Positions 14,004 to 26,366 of a DNA stretch of 64,000 nucleotides are shown here, one piece after another. Position 1 is the stretch's first letter. Each line of letters opens with the position of its first letter. The position numbers and the translations under genes are program-made. A model generated the notes under the pieces. The model was not told the DNA's origin. It saw only the letters and a list, made by a program, of their open reading frames with translations, and searched no databases. This DNA is from Azolla caroliniana (taxonomy: Eukaryota; Plantae; Polypodiophyta): contig JBHGNT010000014.1 of NCBI GenBank assembly GCA_043228905.1, positions 11,098,001 to 11,162,000 of the forward strand, written 5' to 3'.

Positions 14004-15400
14004 GTCTAGAAGCATGTCGGAGTTGGGTTGGACTAGTGAATCCCCATCCGAATTGAAGGGGGAGTTTGGTGAGAATTAGGTCCCTTTCAGATGGGTCGAA
14101 TTGAGGACAAAGAAAAATGTAAATAGGTTTGAGCCGAGCCTACTTAGGCCAGTTATGTAAATAGCCCAAAAGTTATCTAAGTATAAAAGATAACTAGGGA
14201 AAACCTTATGTGTGTGTTCACTCTAAGTGTAGTGAGTCACTTTGTTCATTATTCAATAGGGTAAGCTATCTATGTAACTGTGTACAGTGTGTGCGAGGTT
14301 GTTGCCTCTACAATTGAGCAACCATAGCCAGGGAGAGAGATAGATAGGTGGATAGATAGATAGATAGATTATATTATCGTCTTCGGAGATCAAATATGAC
14401 CTATGAGACCAAAAATACTACATTTCAGGTGTACGTGTGAAAGTGAGTAGTGACTCTCGATGTTCAAGAACTTTACCAATGAATGTTGCAATCAAGAGTG
14501 CACATTGTGGTTGTGAGAGGAATTCAGGCAAGGATTGGGCTCGGTCGAAGAGATGTGGAAAGCATGGTCAAATATGATCAAAGCCAAAGCATTGTATCAA
14601 AGTGTGATACTCAGACTCGCAAACTTGTTTAGGGCAAAGTGTGCATAGCCGACCACTATCATCACTTGTACCCCAACACCCTGTCTCACATCACAATGCA
14701 TGTGAGCTAAGTTGCATGGAAGCAATGGTTCGAATGGAAAATAACAGTATGGGCTCTAACTGTATCGATGTGTACGGTTTCCCCGTTCCGCAAAGAATAT
14801 GGTTTTGTAGTTACGTGCAACATGTGTAGTATAACGTGAGCCTCCAGAGAAAAGGGGTAGCGAGAGCTTCTCTATTTTGACCGCCTGTCAGCGAAGTAGT
14901 TGAGAGACAAGCTCAACATTGGGTGCATAACCCAGTGCGCAGACTACATAGTATGCTTGCTTCCCCGCCTCTAAGCGGCGTGTAGCACATTCATTCCATC
15001 TATGATTCGAAGGAACTTCAAGTCCAAGATATTTGAAGCTTTGCATACATTCAAGTGGCTCATTGTTGTACGTAATGCATGGTTTATCTCTTTTTTGGCT
15101 CTTCACAAGCATAATCTTTGTTTTAGAGCTATTGACACTTAATTTAGTATGCATGCAAAATCTTTCCAATGCCTTCGTAAGCTTTTGTGCATCTCCTAAA
15201 TTATTCTAGAGAGAGAGAGAAAAGGAGGTAGCGAGAGCTTCTCCATTGTAACTGCCTGTTAACGAAGTGTACATTCTCAGATCAGTGCTTGTGAGTTCGT
15301 TCGTTGTATATTTCTCTCATAGTGATTTGTTTCGTGTTATTAGGATTTTGGTCCCTCCGGATGGGATGATGAAGGCCCGGTGAGAACCGGATGATGAAGG
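14004..15400 (+). mobile_element. copia 3' end, PPT and rearranged LTR fragments
   Basis: LEACR..VGLV C-terminus and gaagggggag PPT at ~14054 as in the first copia; LTR-like segments at 14066-14340 and 15210-15400. Confidence 0.65.
14888..15200 (-). mobile_element. LINE reverse transcriptase C-terminal fragment
   Basis: LSVNSSKTKIM...FKYLGL motifs of the non-LTR RT thumb region. Confidence 0.8.
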
Positions 15401-15771
15401 CTCAACAAGAAGGACAAGACTTCGAGAAGATGCGGAAAGAAGAAAAGATAATAGAAAAAGAAGAATTCGTGACTCATATTATGGAAAAATCCTCATTTAA
15501 CGACACCTTGGAACCTCCGATACCTGTTCCAAGAGCTTACATTCCGAAGTTGATTGAACTTCTAAAGAAAAAAGTTAAGATGGGAATTCTTGAGCCGTCC
15601 AATGCTCCCTATTCCAACGAACAACGGGTCCTGACGCTTTATTCAAGATCTCCAACCCGTCAACAAGGTGTGAGGAATAACGCGGAATATTGCTCGACCA
15701 CAACCGAGACTTGAATCACAAAAATGGGAAAGAATGAGAGACTACACAGAAATGACACAGGATGTTTACGT

Positions 15772-16499
15772 TGTCGTAGTGTATTTTGTACACTACGTGA
15801 AAAACGTATATAGTATTAGATTCAATAAAAAATGAAGAAATAGAAGAAAATAGCAAAATAAATGGAACATGCATAGGGCAAGATTCGAACCTTGCACCTC
15901 CATGTTAATAATGTAATGTCTTACCATTACACTAGCATTTCATTAGTGTTAAAGCATAGATGTCCCACATAGAAAGGTAAATTCACGCTAGGATAAACAT
16001 TAGAAAAACGCATAACAAAAGAAAAAGCTACACATACACATCTAGCGTGCATGATAAAAAACGCACAAGTTAGAAAAAAGCATGATCACTTTAGATAAAG
16101 CATATAGTCTATCTATAGGAAAAGCATGGGGTCTATAGTTAGAGAAAAAGCATGGATTACTAAGACTTCCTCATCACTACATAAGGATGGGGAGCACAAT
16201 GTAATTGTGTGTGAAAAATATTTGGAAACTAGATATGTTTCTAAAAAACACCAATTAATAAACTATACTCGTGGGATTCACGAGAATTCTATATCATTCT
16301 CTTTCAACCGAAGTTTATATTCTTATATTCATATTGATTAATCTAATACAATACACTCGTGGGATTCACGAGTTTGCTATAACTCTTTCTTACAACATAT
16401 TTATATTCTTATTAGCCTTAAAACTCTCCTCTTCCTAGTCCAAAACCTCGGCGGTTCCCACCCGACTCACGCAACGATCCGGAGCCGAAAGGCACGACA
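15772..16499 (+). repeat. 5' LTR of gag-only element
   Basis: TGTCGT...ACGACA; no difference from 18561-19288 seen by eye. Confidence 0.95.
15872..15940 (-). other. tRNA-like cassette within LTR (second copy at 18661-18729)
   Basis: Minus strand TAGTGTAATGGTAAG (A box)...GCAAGGTTCGAATCTTGC (T arm/B box). Confidence 0.72.
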
Positions 16500-16537
16500 C
16501 AGTTGGTGAACCCGACGTGAAGGCGGGTGGCAAGGAG

Positions 16538-18559
16538 ATGGAGAATCAACAAGAGGCAATGAGCATAATGATGATGATGATGTTCGAGCGGATGCTACAA
16601 GAACAACGAGTGATGTCGGAGATCACGGGGGCAGTAAAGCGGCTCGTACAACGAAACGGACAATTCAACGGAAACGATGTGTCACGCTATCTACGTGACT
16701 ACAAGGCGGAGATGATACGATGTGGGATACCGGAAGGATTACAAGTGACATCCTTCAATTGGGTGGCCACGGATGAGCTACAAGAGAGAATCCACAAGAT
16801 ACGGCAACAAAACTCGACATGGGGGTCATTCGAAGAAGCTTTACGAGAGGCATATGATTACAAGAGATCAAAGGGACAAGATCGGCGAAAATTCGACGAA
16901 TGGGTGGCATCGGAGAAGACCCACCGAAGTGCAACACAAGCATTCCTAGAGTTCGAGCATCGTTTTGCTCGACTCTCGGAGCGAGAACAACGATTGGTGG
17001 GAGAGGATAAAGTCCTAATGTTCGTAAAATCGATCGATCGAAAAGAAAGGATGGACATCGGGATCGAACTCGAAGACGATGAAGGTACGAATGGTCTTAC
17101 CGAAGATTGGGCCGAAGTCCAAAGGGTTTGCCGGAGACATGATGAGAGGAAGATGAGAATCTTGTCAATGACATGGCTGATGAAGGATGGTCGATTGAAG
17201 ACAAACGATGGAGCCGATATGAAGGCCGAAATACAACATGATGGTGCGACGGAAGAGGGTGTAAAACAAGCTACCCTCTTGTCTTGTGAAAGAACGATGG
17301 CGAAGGATAAGGCCGATAATTCAAGTGTAGAAGAAAATTTCGGGATACAAGTGCCCGAGACATCGGGTCAAAAAGGGGTAAGCATAATAGATGTTTGCAT
17401 AATTGATGCAGATAAAGAGTGTGAAGCGGATGTGATTAAGGAGGTAGCCACAAAAGACGAAATCGAATCGGAGGTGGCTATGGGCGAATCAATGGCGGAT
17501 TGCCATATCGAGACTTCCCCACCACTGATTCCAGAGACTCCGGCGGTTGCGATCGAAAGGCAACGTGAGACCGAAGAGATGGAAGGTGGCGGAGAGAAAA
17601 CGAATGTCGAAGCCGACGAATACGATGAAGAGATAGCCGAGAAGAATGCTAAGGGTGAAACTACGAAAGAAGGTAATACCGAGGATTCATGCCAACAATA
17701 TCTAGAGACTTCGGCGGTTGTGTCCGAGAACCAACGTGAGACCGGAGAGACGGGAGATGGCGGCGAGGAAGGTAAAGTCGGAAGTCGGTTCGGATGGAAA
17801 ATGATCCATCCGAAATTCCAATCTAAAAGAAAGTGCGACAATGCGGAGGTCGGGTCTACGACGGGAGAAGCGCGTAATACAGAGCACGCTCTACGGCGAA
17901 TAAAGAAACGCGTGTTATGGCGAATAAAGAAGCACGCGCTACGGCGAGAAAAGAAGCATGCATTACAACCACACGAGGACCGAACAACGAGCACATATCG
18001 GAGGACCTACGTGGCGAACAACGGAAAGAAGTGCCGAAAGTCGAACCGGACAAGGCAGGTGAAAACGAAGAAAAGAAAGCAAATCCGGACGAAAAGAAAA
18101 GAAAAGAAACCGACCCGAAAGAGCACTGAATCGGTAAAAACCGATCAACCGAGTCCGGATCGACCGAATACAAATCGGAAAGGAAGCCGAACTAAACGAA
18201 AGACGATCCGACGAGACCGAATCGGAAGTAAGCTAATCCGACTAAGCCGAAAATCCGAAAAGAAGTCGAGATTGATGAAGAAAAGAAAGAGGGCAAGAAA
18301 AGATACTACCGCGGATGACAAGGACCAAGCGGGCCATGCAAAAAGCGAACGAAGACTATGGTGGATCGGATGTCGACAATGGTTCGGGTGGAAAGAATGG
18401 ATGTGCTCCAAATGGAGAGACAAAGTCAACATAACAAGAGAAGTCGAGGGTACTACGAGCCGGAAACGAAACCAATCGGGTAGAGACCGGACGGAGGAGA
18501 CTAACAAACACCGACAACTTCGGCACATACCGGAGGATGTGCGGGTTTGGAGGGGGTGA
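16538..18559 (+). CDS. Gag-like protein with acidic middle and Lys/Arg-rich C-terminus; no pol domains
   Basis: Uninterrupted ORF filling the internal region; N-terminal FNGNDVSRYL..W..FE..L gag capsid-like pattern; first ATG at 16538. Confidence 0.78.
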   Translation: MENQQEAMSIMMMMMFERMLQEQRVMSEITGAVKRLVQRNGQFNGNDVSRYLRDYKAEMIRCGIPEGLQVTSFNWVATDELQERIHKIRQQNSTWGSFEEALREAYDYKRSKGQDRRKFDEWVASEKTHRSATQAFLEFEHRFARLSEREQRLVGEDKVLMFVKSIDRKERMDIGIELEDDEGTNGLTEDWAEVQRVCRRHDERKMRILSMTWLMKDGRLKTNDGADMKAEIQHDGATEEGVKQATLLSCERTMAKDKADNSSVEENFGIQVPETSGQKGVSIIDVCIIDADKECEADVIKEVATKDEIESEVAMGESMADCHIETSPPLIPETPAVAIERQRETEEMEGGGEKTNVEADEYDEEIAEKNAKGETTKEGNTEDSCQQYLETSAVVSENQRETGETGDGGEEGKVGSRFGWKMIHPKFQSKRKCDNAEVGSTTGEARNTEHALRRIKKRVLWRIKKHALRREKKHALQPHEDRTTSTYRRTYVANNGKKCRKSNRTRQVKTKKRKQIRTKRKEKKPTRKSTESVKTDQPSPDRPNTNRKGSRTKRKTIRRDRIGSKLIRLSRKSEKKSRLMKKRKRARKDTTADDKDQAGHAKSERRLWWIGCRQWFGWKEWMCSKWRDKVNITREVEGTTSRKRNQSGRDRTEETNKHRQLRHIPEDVRVWRG

Positions 18560-18560
18560 G

Positions 18561-19288
18561 TGTCGTAGTGTATTTTGTACACTACGTGAAAAACGTATAT
18601 AGTATTAGATTCAATAAAAAATGAAGAAATAGAAGAAAATAGCAAAATAAATGGAACATGCATAGGGCAAGATTCGAACCTTGCACCTCCATGTTAATAA
18701 TGTAATGTCTTACCATTACACTAGCATTTCATTAGTGTTAAAGCATAGATGTCCCACATAGAAAGGTAAATTCACGCTAGGATAAACATTAGAAAAACGC
18801 ATAACAAAAGAAAAAGCTACACATACACATCTAGCGTGCATGATAAAAAACGCACAAGTTAGAAAAAAGCATGATCACTTTAGATAAAGCATATAGTCTA
18901 TCTATAGGAAAAGCATGGGGTCTATAGTTAGAGAAAAAGCATGGATTACTAAGACTTCCTCATCACTACATAAGGATGGGGAGCACAATGTAATTGTGTG
19001 TGAAAAATATTTGGAAACTAGATATGTTTCTAAAAAACACCAATTAATAAACTATACTCGTGGGATTCACGAGAATTCTATATCATTCTCTTTCAACCGA
19101 AGTTTATATTCTTATATTCATATTGATTAATCTAATACAATACACTCGTGGGATTCACGAGTTTGCTATAACTCTTTCTTACAACATATTTATATTCTTA
19201 TTAGCCTTAAAACTCTCCTCTTCCTAGTCCAAAACCTCGGCGGTTCCCACCCGACTCACGCAACGATCCGGAGCCGAAAGGCACGACA
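18561..19288 (+). repeat. 3' LTR of gag-only element
   Basis: Follows PPT ggagggggtgag; copy of 15772-16499. Confidence 0.95.
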
Positions 19289-19726
19289 ACGTGCAAAACC
19301 CAAATAGGGAAAAACCACGGGAGCCCACGGACTCCAACTATCACGGGAGAAGGTACAATCAAAGCCGCAGAGGCAATGACTTCGAGCTCTGTATCTTCGC
19401 CAACCGGCGGTTACAACAGAGTATCTCTCTATATCTCACACTCTCTCTCTCTTTGTCGCTCTTACTGCACAATGGTTACAACAGTATGAACACTACAACC
19501 TTACAAAATGATTGCCCTAAGTCATATTTATACTTATATGAACTTAGGGCTATTTACAAATATAGCCCCAATAGGCTTGCTCAAAATATATTTACAGATA
19601 TGTCTTCTCTTCCAGTTCTCACCAGTTCTTTTCTGGTTCTCACCGGGTCCCCTCCGGTTTCCAGATCTCTTCCGATTCTCACCAGGTCCTCTTTATTCAT
19701 CACCGGATCCCATCCGGAGAGACCGA

Positions 19727-22700
19727 CAGCAGAGGTATATGGAATCTTCATCATATCCCTTTTCTCCACCTTTGTCCTCGGGCTTTGTTTTCCGGATAGC
19801 TTGCAATTTGCCGGAAGTGTCGATCCGACCGGTTTCGCGTCCGACATGTTGAACCGTTGAAGCACCTTTGTCACGTACTTCTCCTGTGACATCCACAACA
19901 ACTTCTTCGACCGGTCCCGGATAATATGCATTCCCAATATCATTCTTGCTGGCCCCAAGTCTTTCATTGAGAAGGTCCAGTTCAGAGCCTTCTTCAGTAT
20001 CTGAATCTTACCTTGGTCGTGTCCGACAATCAGCATATCATCCACATACAGGAGTATCAGGAAATCTCCTCCATCAAATTTCTTCACAAACACACAGTAA
20101 TCGACCTGCGTCTTGTGGTACCCTTGGTCGGTCAAGAAGGATTCGAACTTCCGGTACCATTGTGGTGGAGCTTGCTTCAGTCCGTATAAGCTCTTCTTCA
20201 GCCGGCACACCAGGTGCTCATTCCCTTTCTTCTCAAATCCTTCTGGTTGATGCATGTAGATCTCCTCTTCGAGGTCACCATGGAGGAATGTCGTCTTCAC
20301 GTCCAGTTGCTCTACCTCGAGGTCCATGCTTGCCGCTATGCCCAATACCGTCCGGATGGATGTCATCTTTACTACTAGGGCAAAGATCTCATCGAAAGAC
20401 ACTCCTTTCTTCTGTTGGAAGCCCGTCACCACGATTCGGGCCTTATACCTTGGTGGATTTCCGGCATCTCCCGGTTTGAGTTTGTACACCCACTTGTTCC
20501 AGAGTGCTCTCTTCCCTTTTAGCAACTCCTTCAGTTCATATGTGTGGTTCTCATGCAGGGAATCCATCTCATCCTCCATGGCACTCAACCACTTGCGGTT
20601 GTGGGTGTCTCTCTTTGCTTCTTCGAAGCTTTTTGGCTCCCCATCATCACTTAGCAACACATGCTCTACATCCGGAAATCTCCGAGGGGCTCTTCTCTCT
20701 TAGAGAGGATATCTCCGTCCTTGGTTTCCCACTGCCGGTTCCTCCGTTTGTTCCAAATCCAAATCCGATTCGGGATCTTGTCCAATTTCGATGTCTTCTT
20801 CTTCTTCGATCAGTTCGGATTCTTGTCCGTATCCGGCTAGTTCGTCGAGTGTCATCTGGTTACCGGCTAATATCCGGTTTTCAACCGGGTAGGTCCTTGT
20901 GTCCTCTGGCCGGTTTTCATTGGATGATCGGTAGTTCATCACCTTCTTCTTTGACTCCCAATCAGCAATGGTCCTGTCTTCCATGAAGACTATGTCCCGA
21001 CTCCGGAACACCTTTTTGTCGACCAAAACCCACACCCGGTAACCAAACTCATCATCGTCGTATCCAAGGAATATGCATGGTCGGGACTTCGGATCCAGCT
21101 TAGCTCTCTTGTTCTTCGCCACATGCACGTATGCAAGACACCCGAACACCTTCAGATGCCGGTAAGATACATCTTTACCAGTCCATACTTTTTGAGGTGA
21201 GTCTCCACCCAAGGGTACTGAGGGTGATCTATTTATCACATAGGTCTTCGTCGTCAGCACCTCAACCCAAAACGTCTTGGGTAACTTTGCATGTGCTAGC
21301 TTGCTCCGAACCGTCTCCATTATGATCCGGTTCATCCGTTCGGCTAGCCCGTTCAATTCTGGCATCTTCGGCACGGTAAATTCGAGCCGGATTCCCTTCG
21401 ACCGGTAGTACTCCTTGAACTAGACCCGGTATTCTCCTCTGTTATCTGCTCGAACTGCCTTCAGCTTCCAGCTGGTTTCTCTTTCCACTCTCGCGTGGAG
21501 TTCCTTGAAGACGGATAGCACCTGATCCTTCGTCTTCAACGGTGAGACCCGCAGCTTCCAGTTGTGGTCGTCTATGAACGTCACGAAGTATTGCGCTCCG
21601 GCATGTGACTTCGTGTCCACTTTACACACATCGGTATGCACCAGCTCCAGTGGTGCATTCCGTCTCATCGGTGGCCTTGACCAGAAGGAGGTGCGGTTTT
21701 GTTGCCGGCCAAGCAGTCGGTGCACTTCTCAAGTTGCACGTCCTTCACCGGAATGAGGTTTTCTTCAACAAGCCTATTCATCCTCTTCTCACTCGTGTCA
21801 CACAGTCTTTTGTGCCACAGCTCACCGGCAGTGTGGAATGCTACATTCACTTCTTCCCGGCATATCCACGCATTCATCAACTACAGAGTGTTGACCTTCC
21901 GGGCTCGGGGCACGATCAAGCTTCCCTTGTTGAACTTCATAACTTTGTTCCGAATGCTACCCATGTAGCCTTCATCATCTAGCCTGTCGGCTGATATCAG
22001 GTTTAGTCGAACCTCCAGAACGTGTTGAACATCCTTCAGCAGCATCTTGCATCCGGTTGATGTCGTCAACAACACGTCTCTTATGTCGATAATTCGGCAT
22101 GTCCCTTCATTCCCCATCCAGACACAACCATGATCACCGGTTGTGTAGGATAAGAAGCCTATCCGGTCTGGTGTCAGGTGGAACGATGCTCCGGAATTGA
22201 AAACCCATGTTGTCTCGCCACCGACAAGGTTTAACTCATTCTCTTCGGTGATGAGCATCAGTTCTTCTTCACTTGTCACGATCGCCGATGTTCCTTTCCG
22301 ATCCGGTCCGAACCGTTTTGGTCCGAACTCTTCTTCGAATCGGTGGTACCGGTTTCCTTCTCTTTCCGGAAATGTCGACAGTTCTTCTGGACGTGCCCCG
22401 GCTTCCCACAATAGAAGCACGTGGGCCTCCCCCTTGACTTCGACCTCGTCCCCGATTTGTCCTGGTTTTGGGGACTCCGATACCGACCTCTTCCCCGGTT
22501 GTGGTTATCTTCCGTGACCAAGGCCTTCAGATCAGTTCCGGACTCCTAGTCCTTTCGGTGAGCTTCTTCATCTAGCAAGCTTGAGTTTACCCTTGCTAGG
22601 GACAACTGTTTTCCTTCCGGCCCGGCGTTGCCCAATGTGACAACTAACGTCTCCCAGCTATCTGGGAGGGAACTGATCAGGAGCAATGCGAATACCTCAT

Positions 22701-23118
22701 CGGCGAGAGGTACTTCCAACAAGGTTGCTTGATGTATCAGCCCTTGGAAGGCATTCATGTGCTCCGCCATGCTGGAGTCGTCCTGGTACCGGAGCCTCAC
22801 TAGCTTCCAAAATACCGAAACCCGATTAATGACATTCTTGTTCTGGAACATGATGTCGATCTTCTCCCAGAGTTCATGAGCCTTGCTCTCTTCATTGAAG
22901 TTGTTGTACAGGTTCATGTCTATGAAGCACCGAATGTATGTCGTCATCTTCATGTGCATCACCTCCCATGTCGCGGCATCGATCTTATCCGGTCTCTTGT
23001 CCCTGAACTGAACTGGCAAGCAAAGATCTTTAACCACTAGCATATCCCTCATCTTCGACTTCCACACTGAGTAGTTGGAGCTGGTGAGCATGAACATGCC
23101 GCCGAACGATTCTTCCAT
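19727..23118 (-). pseudogene. copia gag-pol, frameshifted and 3'-deleted
   Basis: ORFs 22546-23226 (gag), CFYCGKPGH knuckle, WVFNSGAS, IN and RT (LYVDDM) fragments. Confidence 0.9.
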
Positions 23119-23147
23119 TTCCTGTGTTGTTCGCTCCGATACTAGTT

Positions 23148-23695
23148 TGTGAGGAATAACGCAGAATATCGCTCGGCCACAACCGAATCTTGAATCACAA
23201 ATATGGGAAAGAACGAGAGAGTACATAGAAATGACACAGGATGTTTACGTGGAAAACCCAAATAGGGAAAAACCACAGGAGCCCACGGACTCCAACTATC
23301 ACTATGGGAGAAAGGTACAATCAGAGCCTCAGAGGCAACGACCTCGAGCTTTGTATATTCGCCAACCGGTGGTTATAACAGAGCATCTCTTTATATCTCA
23401 CACTCTCTCTCTTTGTTGCTCTTATTGTACAATGGTTACAACAGTATGAACACTATAACCTTACAAAATGATTGCCCTAAGTCATATTTATACTTATATG
23501 AACTTAGGGCTATTTACAAATCTAGCCCCAATAGGCTTGCTCAAAACATATTTACAGATATGTCTTCTCTTCCGGTTCTCACCGGCTCTTTTCCTGTTCT
23601 CACCGGGTCCCCTCCGGTTTCCGGACTCTTTCGGTTCTCACCGGGTCCTCTTTATTCATCACCGAATCCCATTTGGAGAGACCGATTTCCCAACA
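23148..23695 (-). repeat. copia 5' LTR
   Basis: TGTTGGGA...CCTCACA on minus strand; matches the split 3' LTR. Confidence 0.92.
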
Positions 23696-26366
23696 CAAGG
23701 TGACGATCTGAAATGCCGAAATTGGTCCGAGTGTAGATGAATTTGCGGAGGCCTTCGCGGGAAGATCAATCTTTTCGATTGGTGATCTCTACTCGGGCTA
23801 TGACCAGTTCCAATTGGTCGTAGATAGTAGAGACATAACGACAATGAGGACGCCATTTGGGTTCGTAAGGATGTGCACCTTACCCCAAGATACGACAAAC
23901 TCCATAGCCCACATGGTGAATGCCATGAACAAACTGTTGAAGGATTGTATCCCTGATATCACAATGCCCTTCTTAGATGACATTCCGATCAAAGGATGTT
24001 TGGTGGAAGAAAAAGATGAATCGAAAGATCAAGATGGTTGTCGCATATTTGTATCAAACCATATAGAAGACTGTGAGAGAGTGCTACAAAGATTAGAAGG
24101 AGCCGGACTTACATTCTCCGGAGAAAAGTCCTAGTAGTGGGACATCTTTGCAGACCATACGAACAGAAACCCTCTCCTAAGAAGGTGAATGCTATTCAAG
24201 ATATGTGAGAAGAATGTATATCCCATACAGAGGTGTGAAGATTCTTGGGAGTGTGTGCCTTTTATCATATCTGGATTCCACACTACGCTCATGTCGTCGA
24301 GCCATTATATGGATTGCTAAAGAAAAGAAGGAAGTTCGAATGGTGAGATGAGCATACAAACGTGATGCGAAGATTGAAGAAACTACTTCCTAAAGCTCCA
24401 ACACTAAGAAAGGTCGACTATACCGAAGGAAAGCCGATTTATGTGACTGTAGATATGAGCCAACCGGAATTGGGTGGGTCATCAACCAAGAAGGAGAAGA
24501 TAGTGCACGGTATGCCATCTGGTTCGGAGGAAAGGTTCTCAACGAACAACATCAAAGATACGCCCAAGTCAAGCGGGAACTTTGGGGTATTGTGTTTGCG
24601 GTGAAGATGGACAAAGTCTACCTGATCGGGTCGGAAGTGATAATTGAGACATATTGTCTCCCAATCCTCAGGATGACCTTAGGATGTGCGACACCAGATC
24701 TAGCTATGCTAAGGTGGATCGCGTATATCAAATCTTTAAACCCAGAGATCTGCCACATTGCAAGAAAGAAGAACGCCATGGCTGACATGATGTCGAGGGC
24801 AAGATTTGAGAATGAAAGTGACATGGTTTCGGAAGATGAAGACGTCATCCTCGACTTCTTCAAGATGGCACGACTATCGGGGGAAGACAAGGGCACACTA
24901 ACCCTCCAGGCCTTCAACGAAAATGAGTACGAAGGAGAATGGTTACTAATCGACAGATTCTTAAGACCAATGACGGAGGATGCTTCCTGGACGAAGGAGG
25001 AAGCTCTACGAATCCGGAAGAAAGTTTACCAATACTTTCTGAAGGGAGGAGTCCTGTGGCGACACCCGAAGAGAAGGACAGGAATGCCACGTCAAGTAGT
25101 GGGGAAGAAAGAGGAGCAAGTGATGCCGATGTCTAAATTCTACAAGAGTCCTTGGGCAAGTCATAGAGGAACATGGGCGACGTTCGAAAAGTTGAAGGAG
25201 AAATACTGGTGGCCAAGCATGTACAAAGACGTACTCCATTTCGTGTCCACATGTGAAACTTGCCAAGTACATTCGAACATACGTCATCATGATGAATTAT
25301 AGCCGACATACCTGCTCACCATACACTTCAAATGGATGGTGGATTTGGTCTCGATGCCAATGGGAGTGGGATGAATGAAGTACTTAGTACTGGCAAGAGA
25401 AGACCTAATAAATCAAGCGGAAGGACGGGCCTTGGCAAATAAGACGACATCAGTTGTTTGCAAATTTCTACTCGAAGAGGTTGTCTACCGGTACGGATGT
25501 GTGGGAAAGATAGTGGTTGACTGAGGGGAGTTGGATGCACACGAAGCAACGGAGCTCTTCGAACGACTAGGCGTGAAGCTCTCCCTCACAACTGCCTACA
25601 ATCTAGAAGTGAATGGAAAGATCGAACGAGAGCATGGACCAATTGTCAAAGCCATCGTACGAGCATGCAATGGTTGAGTCAGGAACTGGCCACGACTATT
25701 ACCCTATGCCTTGTGGGCCGACAGAACTACACACAGTTTAGTGACAGGGTATATACCAGCTGAGCTTATGTATGGACAGAAGCCGTTAAGGCCCATTGAA
25801 AGGGCGATCGCCTCATGGGTAGCGATACCATGGGAGAACGAGATGAGACGAGAAGAATTATTAGTGACACGGATAAGACAGCTTGAAAGAAGGCCCGAAG
25901 ATATAGAAAAAGTGTGAAAGATGATGGAAGCAGCCCGAGTGAAGAACAAGATTCTATTCGACAAGACACATCGATTGTGTCCCAAGAATATCAAAGAAGG
26001 AGATTTGGTATTAGTCTACGACAACAACCTTGACAATCAACACAGGACAACAAGAAAGTTCGCAAGAAGACGGTTCGGACCGTATGTGGTGATGAGTGCC
26101 AACGACAATGCCACATACCATCTTGCGGAGCTAGACAGATCAAAGTTAGCCATACCCATTGCAGGAAAAAGAGTGAAGATTTTCAAGAAAAGAAAAGATG
26201 AGGGTGTTGACCTCGATCACCTCAACGATGAAGATAGTAGGACGGAACCCGCAAACTTGAGCTATATGAACAAGGACGTGGAGGAATCTGATTGGTCATC
26301 ATAGCCGAAATCTCACACTCTCTTCTTAGCACATATGAGAGGACGTGTGGTTTGGTGGGGGTGGAA

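Larger units (their letters stand above)
15772..19288 (+). mobile_element. young non-autonomous gag-only gypsy-derived LTR element (TR-GAG-like), TSD ACGT
   Basis: Two apparently identical 728-bp LTRs; Trp PBS TGGTGAACCCGACGTGA 16504-16520; PPT 18549-18560; acgt on both flanks. Confidence 0.95.
15669..23695 (-). mobile_element. Ty1/copia element with CAAGG TSD and internal deletion of RT end/RNaseH/PPT
   Basis: TSD caagg at 15664-15668 and 23696-23700; 5' LTR 23148-23695; degenerate Met PBS 23133-23144; gag 22546-23118; split 3' LTR 15669-15771 plus 19293-19726. Confidence 0.95.
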
